DNA of 64,000 nucleotides from Naegleria gruberi (Eukaryota): the NCBI GenBank assembly GCA_000004985.1, contig GG738932.1. The stretch is one strand, 5' to 3'. The position numbers and the translations under genes were made by a program. Below, one piece after another: positions 19,830-31,083 of this stretch. The number at the start of each line of letters is the position of its first letter. Positions within the stretch are counted from its first letter, which is position 1. A model generated the notes under the pieces. That model worked only from the letters and a program-made list of their open reading frames with translations. It was not told the DNA's origin and searched no databases.

Positions 19830-22800
19830 TTAGAAGGCAGCAGAAACCAATACAATAATCACCATCAAGAGCATATTCATTCCAATAGAACAAGCACCAG
19901 AAACAATAGAACTTCTTGGAATGACAGTATTATTACTTGCTGAAGGTGAAATTGGAGTAGTTGAAGTGCCTGGTTCTGGAACAGTATCTTGTCCTGATCT
20001 TACTTCATTGGTTACATCAAAGAATAGAGAGGCCATCTTCAATGGATCAACATCTGGATTAGCAGAAACACCACAAGATGAAACAGAATCCCAGGTCTTA
20101 ATTTCACTTGAAGTGATATATCTGGATGTCTCTTCAGTGCCTTGATCTCCAACGAAACGAATATTATCGAGGATCATTTCTCTGTATTGTCCATTGTTGT
20201 TTAAGGAGAAGGCAAATCTACTGAATGGTTGAACTCCTTGGAATCCCAAATCAGTGAGAGGATATCTAACTCTGGTAACACGAGTGTCATCAATCTTGTA
20301 GTGTTGAATGTAGGTTGCATTGGTTGTAATACCTCTACCAATGGTAATGAAAGCCTTGGATGTAGTATTGTACCAAGCAAAGGCCAAGTTCAAATCAATG
20401 GATCCAGAGCTATTGGTTCCCTTAATGAAGAATTCAAAGTATTTGAAAATACTGGTATCCACATTGACAACTGAACCTCTGTAAAGTTGGAAACCTCCCT
20501 TCTTGAGTCCAAAGTAATAAGAAGAATTACCACAAATTGGATTGAATGGATAGGTAATGTTGGCAACGTAGTAATCAGGACTAGCTCCAGCATATGGACC
20601 ATTGGTGAATCCAGTTGACTTGAAAGTAGCTCCTTCATCATACAATGTAATAACTTCAGAAGCATTCTTGACAGTACATGGAGAAGTGATTGGAACTGCT
20701 GGTGGCAAATTACATTTACCACTACAGTACAATTGAGCTCTCAAGTGACCTGTTGGATTTTCAATACTGGAAACCTTTACGAAAATTCTTCCCTTCAACA
20801 AGTCAACCCATTCTCCATAAGACAATTGCAAACCAAATCTACTTTGAGAATATGGAGATGGAACATAGTTATAGTGATCATTCTTTCAACAGAACCAGGA
20901 GCACCGACACCAACTTCAACCAAAGTAGCCCTATTATTCATATTGTGATGGAGAACAATATCCAATAATCTGTCATTATAATTGAGGAAGGCAAAAACTG
21001 AACCAACAGCTTGGGAAGAACCAGAAGCCAATGGAGAAACAGCAGCTTGTTGACACATTTCCAAACGACCTACAAATCTATCTTCCTTCATGTAAACTCT
21101 ATAAGTTTCTCTTGGATTTGATGGAAGACTTTGGGTGGCTCCACAATAATCATTTGGACAAGTGGCTGTAACATTGATTGCAGCTGAACTACCATAATTA
21201 CCATAATCAACAAAGCCATACCATTCCTTCTTACCACTCTTGGAGTTGGTATTCTTCAACTTGATATAAAAGTGACCAGTTGTGGCATTGAAATAATAAC
21301 ATTGTGTTGGGAAGTTAATGACATCTTCCAGAGAGTCACATAAATTGAGAGTTTTTGGATCGTTACTACTTGTTACACTGAATGTAGTACCAAGTGGATA
21401 TTGAGCAACAAAAACAGCCCAATCACCAGCACCAGATGATTGCATATTCAAATTCATTGGATTTGGAGGTGGAAGATCCCAGTTAAACTTGATAGAATAG
21501 AAACCACGAGCTGGAATGTTTGCCTGCATGGCAAAGTCGCCTCCACTGGATTGGACACCTGACACTGTACCTTGAATACCTCTCAAGAGATCAGTGAGTA
21601 TTAATCTCGGAACTCTCTTTGAATTATCCTTAAAATCAGGATGTGAAACACCATTTGGATCGATAATTACTGAAGAAGAAATGTTATAATTAGTTACTCT
21701 TAATTGGAAGTATGATTCTCCCATCAATGGACAAACTGAAGCATTATTCCAGTCATATCTTGTGATACAACCTTCAAAGTTTTGAATTGGGTCAGTACCA
21801 CTAATCCAAGCACCAGCTTCTACACCAGTGATTGAACCATCGATATCCATGAGAGCAGCACCCTTGTGATTTTCATAAGTGACAGTATCCAAGAATACTC
21901 TTTGGGGCGAGTTTTCAAACTTTAAATCACAATATCTATTTCTAGTATGGAGTCTGAAGAAGTTATCAAGGACTGACAAACAACCAGCTCTCTTATACTT
22001 GTCAGTGACAAAGTTTCTGAAAGTGACATTTCTCAATAATTCAGCACCACCATTATCATAAGTTTCATAACCCTTAATAACAGTAGTGGTTGAGTAGTAA
22101 GCATTTGGTCTTGTTCTATTACCAATATCAACAGATGGTCTCAAAGTATAATCACCAACATTCTCAGATTCAGCAATCATGATAGAATCAGTAATGTATG
22201 AAGTACCAGGTGGAGAGTTCATTTGTCTCATATTATCAGTCAAGTACAAGTTTTTGAAAACAATATTACCACAACGAGCCCAAATACCATAACCTCTCAT
22301 TTTGTAAGCAGTAAAGTTATCAATTAGTGCTTCAATAGCTGGATAATAACCTGCCAATTCAGTTGTACCATCAGATTTTTCCATATCGTCAATGAATAGA
22401 CCATTTTGACCACTGTGAGCTACATTTCCTGAAAATGGCTTTGGAGGAGCAGTTCTAGGATTGATAGAACCTGGAGCATACAGGGAGGCACTTGCACCTG
22501 TTGGGAATGTTGGCATTCTAAAGTAAAATTTAAACATTAACTATGAACAAATTGTAATAACTTACGTAAACCAAAAAGAATGCTTTCCACCCATTGCATG
22601 GTTATCAACGAATGTATTGTTTGGATTAGTAATCCAAAAAACAGCAACATCACTGTCAGATGGAATTAAACGATATGCCAAATCATAAACTGGCTTTGGA
22701 CGAATTCCCAAATTATGTTTGAAAACATTTCCGACTTCAGAACCATCTTCCAAAAAGTAACAGTGACCATTGGCATTGAAGCAGACATTATCTTGAAGCA

Positions 22801-23857
22801 AGAAATAATTGGTATCGTGAACAACGTAACATCTTTGGAAAGAGTCATGAACTGAACATCCCTTGATATAATATTGAGTACCCAAAGCAGTACCTTGAGC
22901 AGTATTTTCCAAAAGGTGAAGATGGAATGAGTATCTTCCCATCAAACCATATTGACCAAACTTTCTAATTTCAATACCTTCAACTTGGAATTGAGTAACC
23001 AAACGAACCATGAAATGACCACCGAATTGAGAAGCATCAGATGAATTGTCACCTTGGAAGACAATTCTTCTAGACAATAAACCAACTTCTGGCTTGATCT
23101 TGTTACCATCGCTGTAGTGAGTGTAATTGAGTGGAGCATCCAAGACAATAGTCTTTCCGCCATCTAAAACTTGAGTAATAATACGCTCTTCATTTTGATC
23201 TGGGAATTTAACACCTCTAGCCCAACCAATTAATGAAGAAGTTACTTTGGTATAGTCAAGTAATTCACCATAATCTGAGGTAGCAATAACAATAGAATCA
23301 CCAACTCTCCAAGAAACACTTTCGCTCAACTTGATTTGATTAGAACCCTTGACAGCAGTAACAGCCAGATCAGTAAATGTTGGATAATCAACTTGACCAA
23401 AGATTTGTACCTTTGATCCAGAGAGGAAACCAATACCCTTTGAGCCCATGTTAACGTTATCAAATGGATCTGTTCCAATATCATTCTCAGTAGTACGAGC
23501 GCCATAGAATGTCAACACAATTTTGCTAGTAATTGGACATGTGGCACTTCCCATGATCCAGCTAGCGCCTGATTCCACTCTAATAAAATCAACATTCAAA
23601 GTCAAGTTGGTATTATCGAAAATTAGAGAACCACCATTCAAAACGGTTATGGAACGAAGCTTGTTTGGTGGAGATTTGTCAACCTTGACAGCTGTGCTAA
23701 TAGTAATTTGACTATCAGCAACAGAGAATCCAGTAACACTGGAAAACAATGTTAAACCTTGTGCATCTTGTGGACAATTGGTTTGACAATTTACCAAACC
23801 AACTACCAACAGGATAAAGAATACTAAACCTGTCAGTACTCGCTGCTTGTTGGACAT
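19830..23857 (-). CDS. Large secreted G8-domain plus right-handed beta-helix protein (CEMIP/TMEM2/fibrocystin-like) with Ser/Thr-rich stalk and GPI-anchor-like hydrophobic C-terminus; ~1,340 aa
   Basis: Three track ORFs belong to one gene. Exon 1 is 23857..22566 (signal peptide MSNKQRVLTGLVFFILLVVGLVNC, then a G8-like Gly-spaced block LNGGSLIF...VESGASWIMGSATCPITSKIVLTFYG, then GRYSFHLHL as in G8/PbH1 proteins). An intron at 22565..22518 (gtaagttattac...ttttactttag) splices in frame onto exon 2 starting at 22517 (...HSFWFT|MPTFPTGAS...). A +1 frame change falls somewhere in 20795..20890 before the last ~340 codons, which end SIVSGACSIGMNMLLMVIIVLVSAAF* (GPI-signal-like). Confidence 0.7.
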
Positions 23858-24555
23858 TTTTTTGTTGATGATGTGAGAGAATAACGTTGTTGAGCGACTT
23901 TTTGCCGTGTTGAGTCTGCACTACAATGTTGATTGGCGAAGTGAAACAATTGGTCCTTTGACATTAGCGAATGACATTTGGCATGGAAGTTGAAAATTTA
24001 AGCAAAAATATGCCAGCTTGTATGTTGTTGGAACCGAAATTGATGAGCGATATTGATGGATTGTAACTCGAAAAGCCCTTAAAGTAGTTCGTATTGTAAT
24101 CTTAGTGGAATGACTTGCCTAAATCTAATGTGAGTGAGGTGGTATGTCACAATGAAAGAGAACACGAATCATTGTATTATTGTTACTAGTATACAGATGC
24201 AACGTTGTGTTCTCATCTTGTTCAAATGTTTTCAACAATTTGAAGGATGCATTCTTACCAGCAACAGATCCAATAATAAGAATATGGATAACAACTCAAT
24301 CTTATTAAGGTTGTTAGTATCGGGGATACATCATCGTTTGCACTACGAAGTGCAATAAATCAAGACAACGGAATCGTCCTCTAATTTCAACCATTAATTT
24401 TATGGCCTTATAGGTAAGGAGCAGAAGAATATTATAGAGGGTTGATTTGATCATTAATTTCCCTACACAAACATTCAAAAGAATAAATTATTTTTCATCG
24501 GGATGATAAATTGCTCCTGCATCTATCAACATTTTTTAAAAGTCGAAAAAAATAT

Positions 24556-24570
24556 ATTTTTGGCGCCATT
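24556..24570. promoter_or_regulatory. ATTTTTGGCGCCATT element (E2F-like palindromic core)
   Basis: Second instance of the TTGGCGCCA motif. It lies in the 1.4-kb intergenic region between the G8 gene start and the 25255 gene. Confidence 0.3.
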
Positions 24571-25254
24571 ACCGTTACTTTTAATAAATTTTTTATCAAA
24601 AAATCATCACCATCTTTGATGATTTTCAAAGGCAATTCTTCATCACGGTGAAAAATATTTTCAGGCAATATAGGATAGGATAGGATTATATGGAATGTGT
24701 ACAAGTTGATTTTATTGGATTTGAATATGAATTATAAAAAAGCAATGATTAAATTAATGGAAAATTTTGTTGGATTGGATGATTCAAAAACCACATCATT
24801 TACATCTATTCAACATTAATACAGATTATTTTCATCAACTTAAATTTAATTTTAAACATTACAATTGAAGGTAAGCAATAATTATGCAAACAATAAGAAC
24901 ATATCGATATTCATATTCAAGAAATGTCAAATCTTGTTCAATTTCAACATTAGGAATAAGATTTGTTATCGTACGATATATCATATGGGTACTTTCTTAC
25001 AACTGTTTGCAAAGATTGGCAAGAATTGAATTCAATTGAACATGATTCCTAACCTTATTCATCATCTACTTGATCAATCTTCAGTAAGCCAATCTAGGAT
25101 TATTTATCAAATATAATTATTATTTTAGCCTAAGCCTCTCCAAATCACGTTTCTATTAGAAGCAAAAGATGTGCACTCTGAACAAAACGTGATTTGTGTC
25201 AATTTCGTTTAAAGAAACCAAATCACGGATAATCTACCAACAATTTAAAAGAAA

Positions 25255-25866
25255 ATGACTGTCTATACCTTTGATGCAAACGGCCTTGCTATTCTATTGC
25301 TTGATATTGTTGAATTGTACAAAACCACAGAATCCATTCGTGACGGTTCCAAAACATATCGTTTCTTATCCATTTCGAATAGAACTAGATACATTCTGGC
25401 ATGGCTCAATATCCTTTTCACTCCTATTTTAACAATGATCTATGCAGCAGTTTCTCTACCAGTTTGCTTTTCATTACCTGCTTGTAAATCATCGACTGAA
25501 TCTGTCTCGTGCAGTGTTCGTCTTGGTTGTGCAATTGCTGGTTTTATTTGCCTGATTGCTGGCTCAACTATGTTAATCATACTTTCAGTTTATATTTTAA
25601 AACAGAATTGTGGAAATTCGTATGCTTATACAGATTTAGATTTTGTTGGAAATGTTGCAAAGATCATTACCATTTATGATGCATGTTGTTATGGAATGGT
25701 TATTTTATTTATCTTGACTTTTTTGGGGATGGTTATTGGTGGAGCTGTTGGAAATATTAACCTTTTGATTGCACTTGGTATGGCCTTATTGATTCCAATG
25801 GCATTTATTTTCTTGTATGTTGTGTGCAGAACATTGAGAAGAGCTTTATTACTTGAAAAGGAATAA
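25255..25866 (+). CDS. Small polytopic membrane protein (about 4 predicted TM helices), unknown function
   Basis: 203-aa ORF with four long hydrophobic segments and several Cys-rich loops. I recognise no family. Confidence 0.45.
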   Translation: MTVYTFDANGLAILLLDIVELYKTTESIRDGSKTYRFLSISNRTRYILAWLNILFTPILTMIYAAVSLPVCFSLPACKSSTESVSCSVRLGCAIAGFICLIAGSTMLIILSVYILKQNCGNSYAYTDLDFVGNVAKIITIYDACCYGMVILFILTFLGMVIGGAVGNINLLIALGMALLIPMAFIFLYVVCRTLRRALLLEKE

Positions 25867-25950
25867 TCTCATTACAATTTGATTTTTGACTGAAATCATA
25901 ATGAGCTAGTCTTTGAAATAACAAGTACTCTTGTAATAAATAATTGTAAA

Positions 25951-27087
25951 TCATTTAAAAGTGTAAGAATCAGCTCTGGAAATCTCAGAAACAGTATAGC
26001 TAGTACGATCAAAGTATGGATCCATCACTGAGAAGGTCTTGCTTACCGGATCGTAACCTGTGGCCAAAACGAAATGCTCTGATTTCTTTCCAGGTGGTTT
26101 TATCAGTTTCAGAATGACCAACTTTCCTTCACATAAATTTCTTGTGGCCACCACAAGAATATCAGTTGTTCTTCCATAATATTTAACTCCAAACTTGGAA
26201 GTAATTGCTGCCCAAACGTACAAGTTCTTGTTTTGGAAACCACCATTGGTCTTCAACCATTCATTGAATTCATAGGGATTCATTTTGGTTTTTCCAATTC
26301 CATTCAATCCTGAAATAATGGATGTGATCAAACAACCTGCCTTACAAATAGTTTCACTAGAGGTTCCCAATTTGAAAGATCCCCAAGTAGAATCACATTG
26401 TTTCAATAACGGGAATTGAGATGGAATATATCCTGGTGAGCAAATATTTGGTGGAATAATTGGTGATGGTTCTGGAATAGGAGTTGGTTTTGGAGGAGGT
26501 GGAATAGGAATAATTGGAGATGGCTCTGGTTTCGGTGGAATAGGAGATGGATCAGGTGAGGGTGGAATAGGAGAGGGTTGTGGCAAAGGTGGAATAGGTG
26601 ATGGTTTTGGTTTTGGCACAATAATGACCTCACGTCTTCTTCTTCTTCCTCTTGGTATCTCCAATTCCAAATTAATATTCACACTTCCACCAGGATTGTT
26701 AGTTGTAGCAGAGGAAGATGCTGAGGAAGCAGCTCTACTTGCCTGTTGAAGAACAATAGTTTGTGGAGTTTGAGGAATTGGCACTGGAACATTCACAACT
26801 AGTTCTCTACCTGGGAAGTAACATTTACGTGAAGTTTTCTTCTTCTTTTTCCCAATAACCTTGATGATAATTTCCTTATCGTTCTTTGTTTTTTTCTTGA
26901 TAGTTTGTTTTCTTCTTCTTCTTGATGAACTTTTAAATGACCTGGCAGAGGTCAATGTAATGATCTGAACATTACTGTCTGATCTTTTTGATGATTTCGC
27001 AGCAGTAATAGCAACTACACCAAACAAACAAACCAACAAGATTCCAATAAGAAAGTTAGTTGGTTTCAGAGCAGCTGATTTGTACAT
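25951..27087 (-). CDS. Type-II-anchored or secreted protein: N-terminal TM/signal anchor, basic region, (P-S/E-P-I-P-P)n proline-rich stalk, C-terminal papain-fold Cys/His domain resembling bacterial Peptidase_C39-like (C39_2) domains
   Basis: The N-terminus is MYKSAALKPTNFLIGILLVCLFGVVAITAA. The stalk PKPKPSPIPPLPQPSPIPPSPDPSPIPPKPEPSPIIPIPPPPKPTPIPEPSPIIPP is encoded by tandem ggtggaataggagatgg-type DNA repeats at 26440..26640. The C-terminal domain has Q...C(K)AGC...TSII followed by EHFVLATGYDPVSKTFSVMDPYF, which matches the His-block H-x-V-V-x-G-Y-D...DP of C39-like peptidases. Confidence 0.55.
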   Translation of the reverse strand: MYKSAALKPTNFLIGILLVCLFGVVAITAAKSSKRSDSNVQIITLTSARSFKSSSRRRRKQTIKKKTKNDKEIIIKVIGKKKKKTSRKCYFPGRELVVNVPVPIPQTPQTIVLQQASRAASSASSSATTNNPGGSVNINLELEIPRGRRRRREVIIVPKPKPSPIPPLPQPSPIPPSPDPSPIPPKPEPSPIIPIPPPPKPTPIPEPSPIIPPNICSPGYIPSQFPLLKQCDSTWGSFKLGTSSETICKAGCLITSIISGLNGIGKTKMNPYEFNEWLKTNGGFQNKNLYVWAAITSKFGVKYYGRTTDILVVATRNLCEGKLVILKLIKPPGKKSEHFVLATGYDPVSKTFSVMDPYFDRTSYTVSEISRADSYTFK

Positions 27088-27201
27088 TTTTTTGAAGGAT
27101 AACGTGACACGGTAGGGTAAATTGATCCAAAAAAGTAAGCTTTGTCCAATCGTAAATACGCATGGTCATGGCACAAGCAATCAGGATTACCAAGGATCCA
27201 A

Positions 27202-29715
27202 TTATTTCTCATTTGTTTCCTGTTTCAATAAAGGAACAGATTTCTGTTCAAAATATAAACTTCTGTGCACTTGTACAAGATACTGAGATGGAATGGAAGT
27301 ATCAATTATTAAAGATTCTCCACTCCTATGGATAATCAATTCTTCTCCAAAGTTCTTTTTACACTTGATAGTGAACTTGTTGATAGCTCTTGATTTGGTA
27401 CTCAATCCTCTCTTACAAATCTTTTTGAGTTTTTCAATCTTCTGTAAATAGCCAGGGGACCCTTCCACATTATCGAATAAATCAAAAGCTGTTTTACCTT
27501 GACTATTTCTAACAATGTCGAATTTCAAACCCCTTTTAATGAGTGCACTGCAAGTTAGAAAATCATCATGAATAAAGGTTTGTGCCCAATGCATGTAAGC
27601 TCTGACAATAAAGTGAGATATATCATCTCCATCTACACAGCCAAAACAATTAACATTTCGTAACTGTTGGAGTGGAGATCTTTCTAATGAAAAGTGACAA
27701 CGATTTCCGTCATAGTGGAAGAAGAGTGAGACTAATTGAGGTTGACCCTCCACATAATCAAATGCAAGAGAATTGCACTCCTGAATACTGTAATTATATA
27801 ATCTATCAATTATTTGAAACATTATTCTATACATTCCACAATCGTCCGAATATCCAACAAAATTAAATTTAGGAAAATCTTCTATTGAAGTCAATTTGTC
27901 TAATAGACTGTAGTATCCTAGTGAGGTGGTTTGTATTGGCATATTTCCATTTCTATCTTTGCATAAAACAATTTCCCTTAAACTAATGTTTAAACTAGAA
28001 AGGAAACAATTTCCAAAATAATGCACCAAATGTTTCCCATTCATATCTCTATAATTGATATCATTGAACTCTTGGTAATCATAATGTTCTGGCATTCGAT
28101 TAATAGTTGCAAATAGAATTCGCATATCTATCAGTAATCCATCTAACAAGATTACTTTTGAATAAACTTCTCCACATACTTTCTTAAACGCTTCATAATT
28201 AAAAACTTTTGAGAAATTTCCTATTATCATTTTAGTGTAACGGCTGAACGCAACCTCTTTAGGTGTAATTCCATAATTATTTGGCTCCTCACTAAGGCGA
28301 TCTATTTCAGTATCTGATAATTTTGCCAGAAATGATATTTTCTTGTAAGTGGTCGCAGTTGAAAATAAATAATAACAATGTAAAATATTATTTCCAAAGT
28401 TATCTTTGGAACTGGGATCAAAATTGTTCGTAACATGATATCTCATCATACATGGATTAATTCCAAACACGTCTCTACTATTTGGGTCCAGTTTTATCTT
28501 GCTAAATTGAAAACAATCCGAAACTAAACTAGCTGCTGATAATTGGTACTTTCCCAAATGTGACAGATCTATATTATATTCACTGCAGAAAGATATTATT
28601 TCCTCCTTATCAATAGTATTATTTAGAAATTCCTTGGTAATGTTTCTTTCAACCTTAATCTTCACAAATGGATATTTTAGAATAATATTCAAACATTGAA
28701 TAGAGTAAATAGGAATTTTGAAAATTCTGAATGTTGGATATTTCGCATGTATCTGTTGCAATAAATTCATGACCTGCTCCAAGTTTTCCTCTTTTTCTAA
28801 ATAATTCCAATTTGTAAATTCGATCTGCAAAATAAATGTAAAATATTCAATGTCAAGTTTGAAATTTTCAATTAGATAATTTGCATCTTCAAATTGCAAA
28901 CAAATAATACAGTAAAACACAAGGTTTTCTACTTTTTGAAAAGTTTTTGGGATAATATTGGCAAATTCTGTAGTTGGTATGATTTCATACTCCTGTGTGA
29001 ACCTATAGCTACGATAGCAATTACCACTCCTGTACAATCTAGGTTGTAAAACTCCATAAACAGGTAGAGTATAAACAGATACATCACTACTTTCAGGCTT
29101 AAAATCTGAATTGAAATTCAAAAAGTAATGCTTCACACTCGGCATTAATTTCATAAAATCTACTCCAAAATTTCTTACACTCGAGACATTGAAATAATTC
29201 TTTCCCATTACTGAATGAAACGAAACATATTCCACCTGACGAAGAGGTTGCTTTCCATGACAAATCTTTTTCAATTTCCACATGAATTTGGAAAACACTT
29301 GCATCCACGATTCCCTCTCATATTGTCGCAACAAATCTACAATTTTAACACATGGATGCCTCTTGAGATGTTGCACATAAACCTCATCAAGAAAATAGTT
29401 ACGTTTAATCTTGGGCGTATCAAAGATTGTAATATTCAAACTTTTCGGAAGGAAAGTCTTGATGGATTTTAAAATTGATTTACAAACTAGAAAGAGACCA
29501 ATACTTTCATGGCAAGGAGGTTTCTCCTCAAAAGCAATGAAATCATCAGAGCATAAGATTTGATCAAATTCTTCAAGAGTTTCGGGAAAGTTGATTTTTG
29601 GTACAAAGAGAAGTGGATGAGCACAAATATCACGAATGTAATCGAGGTAGGAGAAAATTTCATGATGAATTTCGGAGGGAAGATTTGAGAGTGAGGGTTT
29701 GCCTTCTTCATGCAT
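27202..29715 (-). CDS. Large F-box-like protein (837 aa), otherwise unknown
   Basis: The N-terminus LSNLPSEIHHEIFSYLDYIRDI fits the F-box consensus LPxEIlxxIfsyLd. The rest has no motif I recognise and has low-moderate complexity. Confidence 0.5.
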   Translation of the reverse strand: MHEEGKPSLSNLPSEIHHEIFSYLDYIRDICAHPLLFVPKINFPETLEEFDQILCSDDFIAFEEKPPCHESIGLFLVCKSILKSIKTFLPKSLNITIFDTPKIKRNYFLDEVYVQHLKRHPCVKIVDLLRQYERESWMQVFSKFMWKLKKICHGKQPLRQVEYVSFHSVMGKNYFNVSSVRNFGVDFMKLMPSVKHYFLNFNSDFKPESSDVSVYTLPVYGVLQPRLYRSGNCYRSYRFTQEYEIIPTTEFANIIPKTFQKVENLVFYCIICLQFEDANYLIENFKLDIEYFTFILQIEFTNWNYLEKEENLEQVMNLLQQIHAKYPTFRIFKIPIYSIQCLNIILKYPFVKIKVERNITKEFLNNTIDKEEIISFCSEYNIDLSHLGKYQLSAASLVSDCFQFSKIKLDPNSRDVFGINPCMMRYHVTNNFDPSSKDNFGNNILHCYYLFSTATTYKKISFLAKLSDTEIDRLSEEPNNYGITPKEVAFSRYTKMIIGNFSKVFNYEAFKKVCGEVYSKVILLDGLLIDMRILFATINRMPEHYDYQEFNDINYRDMNGKHLVHYFGNCFLSSLNISLREIVLCKDRNGNMPIQTTSLGYYSLLDKLTSIEDFPKFNFVGYSDDCGMYRIMFQIIDRLYNYSIQECNSLAFDYVEGQPQLVSLFFHYDGNRCHFSLERSPLQQLRNVNCFGCVDGDDISHFIVRAYMHWAQTFIHDDFLTCSALIKRGLKFDIVRNSQGKTAFDLFDNVEGSPGYLQKIEKLKKICKRGLSTKSRAINKFTIKCKKNFGEELIIHRSGESLIIDTSIPSQYLVQVHRSLYFEQKSVPLLKQETNEK

Positions 29716-29771
29716 TTTTTTTTAAATATTTAATTATTTAAATATATTATTTAATTGTTTACAATGTCTTG

Positions 29772-30797
29772 TTATGGAAGAGTAGATTCAAATTTAAAGA
29801 CAAGATCAGAATATGGCGAATTTGGAGAAAGTAAATGTTCAATATTGTGAACTTTCTTACTCCAATTGACAAAGATGTGAATCATGTGATTTCCAAAATC
29901 AGCAACAAAGAGTTCTCCCAACCCATATGAGATTGCCAATCCTACAGGTCTCATGAATGCTAAATCATCATTTTTCACTTTGAAACTCTTAACAAATGCC
30001 TTTTTGTGATCGAATAATTGAATTCGATTATTCATTGTATCTGAAACAAGGATCATGTTGGTTTTCTTATCATAGGCAATTCCTTTCGGTGATTCAAAAC
30101 AACCATTTTCTTTCCCCTGTTTCCCAATTGAGTATAAGAAAGTGCCATCCTTCTTGAAAGCTTGAATTCGATGATTTCCAGAATCACAGACAATAATATT
30201 TTCCTCCAAATCCAAAGTTAAATCATGAGGGAATAATAATTGACCTTCTTTTCTTCCCCTCTCAGAAATTACTGACAATACTTCTCCACTCCTCTTACTC
30301 AAAACCTTAATTGAATTCGTTTTTTTACAAGTCACATAAATTTGGTCGCTTGAACATGAAACTCCATTAGCTCCAGGTATTTCAGTAGTCCAATTAATCT
30401 TTCCATTCTCCATATTAATACATTGTACAATTCCTCGATCAGTACTCAACACAAATTTATCATCAAAATAATCAAAATAACTTGGAAGACCATCCACCAA
30501 CATTCTCTTCAAAACTTGTCGTGTATCTAAATCCAAAATATAGATAAATCCCTCACTCACATCTGTAAAATACAATCGTCTCTCCTTTTCATTCACTCTC
30601 ACTTGATACGGTTCAAATAACATTAAATAATTAATATTTTCATCGGAGGATTTTACAACATTTGATCCACCAGAATCCAACTGTAATCGAGCAAGTTTGG
30701 ACTCACTCAACATTCGATCGGAGGGATAGATGGCTTCAATAGCCTTCGCTGACGTTAATTCTACACTCACGGGAGCACACAATGCACGTGGTAGCAT
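29772..30797 (-). CDS. NHL-repeat (six-bladed beta-propeller) protein, 341 aa
   Basis: Repeated NHL signatures: LLFPHDLTLDLEENIIVCDSGNHRIQAFKKDG, FESPKGIAYDKKTNMILVSDTMNNRIQLFD and PVGLAISYGLGELFVADFGNHMIHIF. Confidence 0.75.
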   Translation of the reverse strand: MLPRALCAPVSVELTSAKAIEAIYPSDRMLSESKLARLQLDSGGSNVVKSSDENINYLMLFEPYQVRVNEKERRLYFTDVSEGFIYILDLDTRQVLKRMLVDGLPSYFDYFDDKFVLSTDRGIVQCINMENGKINWTTEIPGANGVSCSSDQIYVTCKKTNSIKVLSKRSGEVLSVISERGRKEGQLLFPHDLTLDLEENIIVCDSGNHRIQAFKKDGTFLYSIGKQGKENGCFESPKGIAYDKKTNMILVSDTMNNRIQLFDHKKAFVKSFKVKNDDLAFMRPVGLAISYGLGELFVADFGNHMIHIFVNWSKKVHNIEHLLSPNSPYSDLVFKFESTLP

Positions 30798-30999
30798 TTT
30801 TTAATTTGTGCTTTATCAATTCTGGCATTTACAATTGTTTACAAGATTCCCTGTTGAATATTGATATAACTTTACAGTTTACCTGGTTTTTTCCGGTTTA
30901 CACTTGAATTTGGTCGAGACACTTTAACTTTTATATAAGATGGATACCATAAGATAGAACCTTAGATAGTCGTTGTGTATTTTATGATACATATGTATT

Positions 31000-31083
31000 C
31001 CGGTGATAGCTCAGCTGGTAGAGCATGGTACTGTAGTTGTAACAGTTCTCCCGTGGTCGGCGGTTCGAGTCCGTCTCGTCGGA
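31000..31083 (+). tRNA. tRNA-Tyr (anticodon GTA) with an ~11-nt intron 3' of the anticodon
   Basis: The 5' half CCGGTGATAGCTCAGCTGGTAGAGC..ACTGTAG matches the canonical eukaryotic tRNA-Tyr 5' half, which is CCTTCGATAGCTCAGCTGGTAGAGC in human. The T-arm is GGCGGTTCGAGTCCGTC and the acceptor is CCGGTGA/TCGTCGG+A. An inserted ttgtaacagtt (about 31037..31047) pairs with the anticodon loop (CTGT/ACAG), as pre-tRNA-Tyr introns do. A TTATTTTGGCTATTTTGG Pol III terminator follows directly. The anticodon stem has one mismatch in my hand fold. Confidence 0.6.

Noticed and set aside
24495-24704. 69-aa minus-strand ORF in the intergenic region upstream of the G8 gene
   Set aside because: It is A/T-run rich, has no similarity to anything, and overlaps the putative E2F-like element. 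It is more likely promoter DNA.
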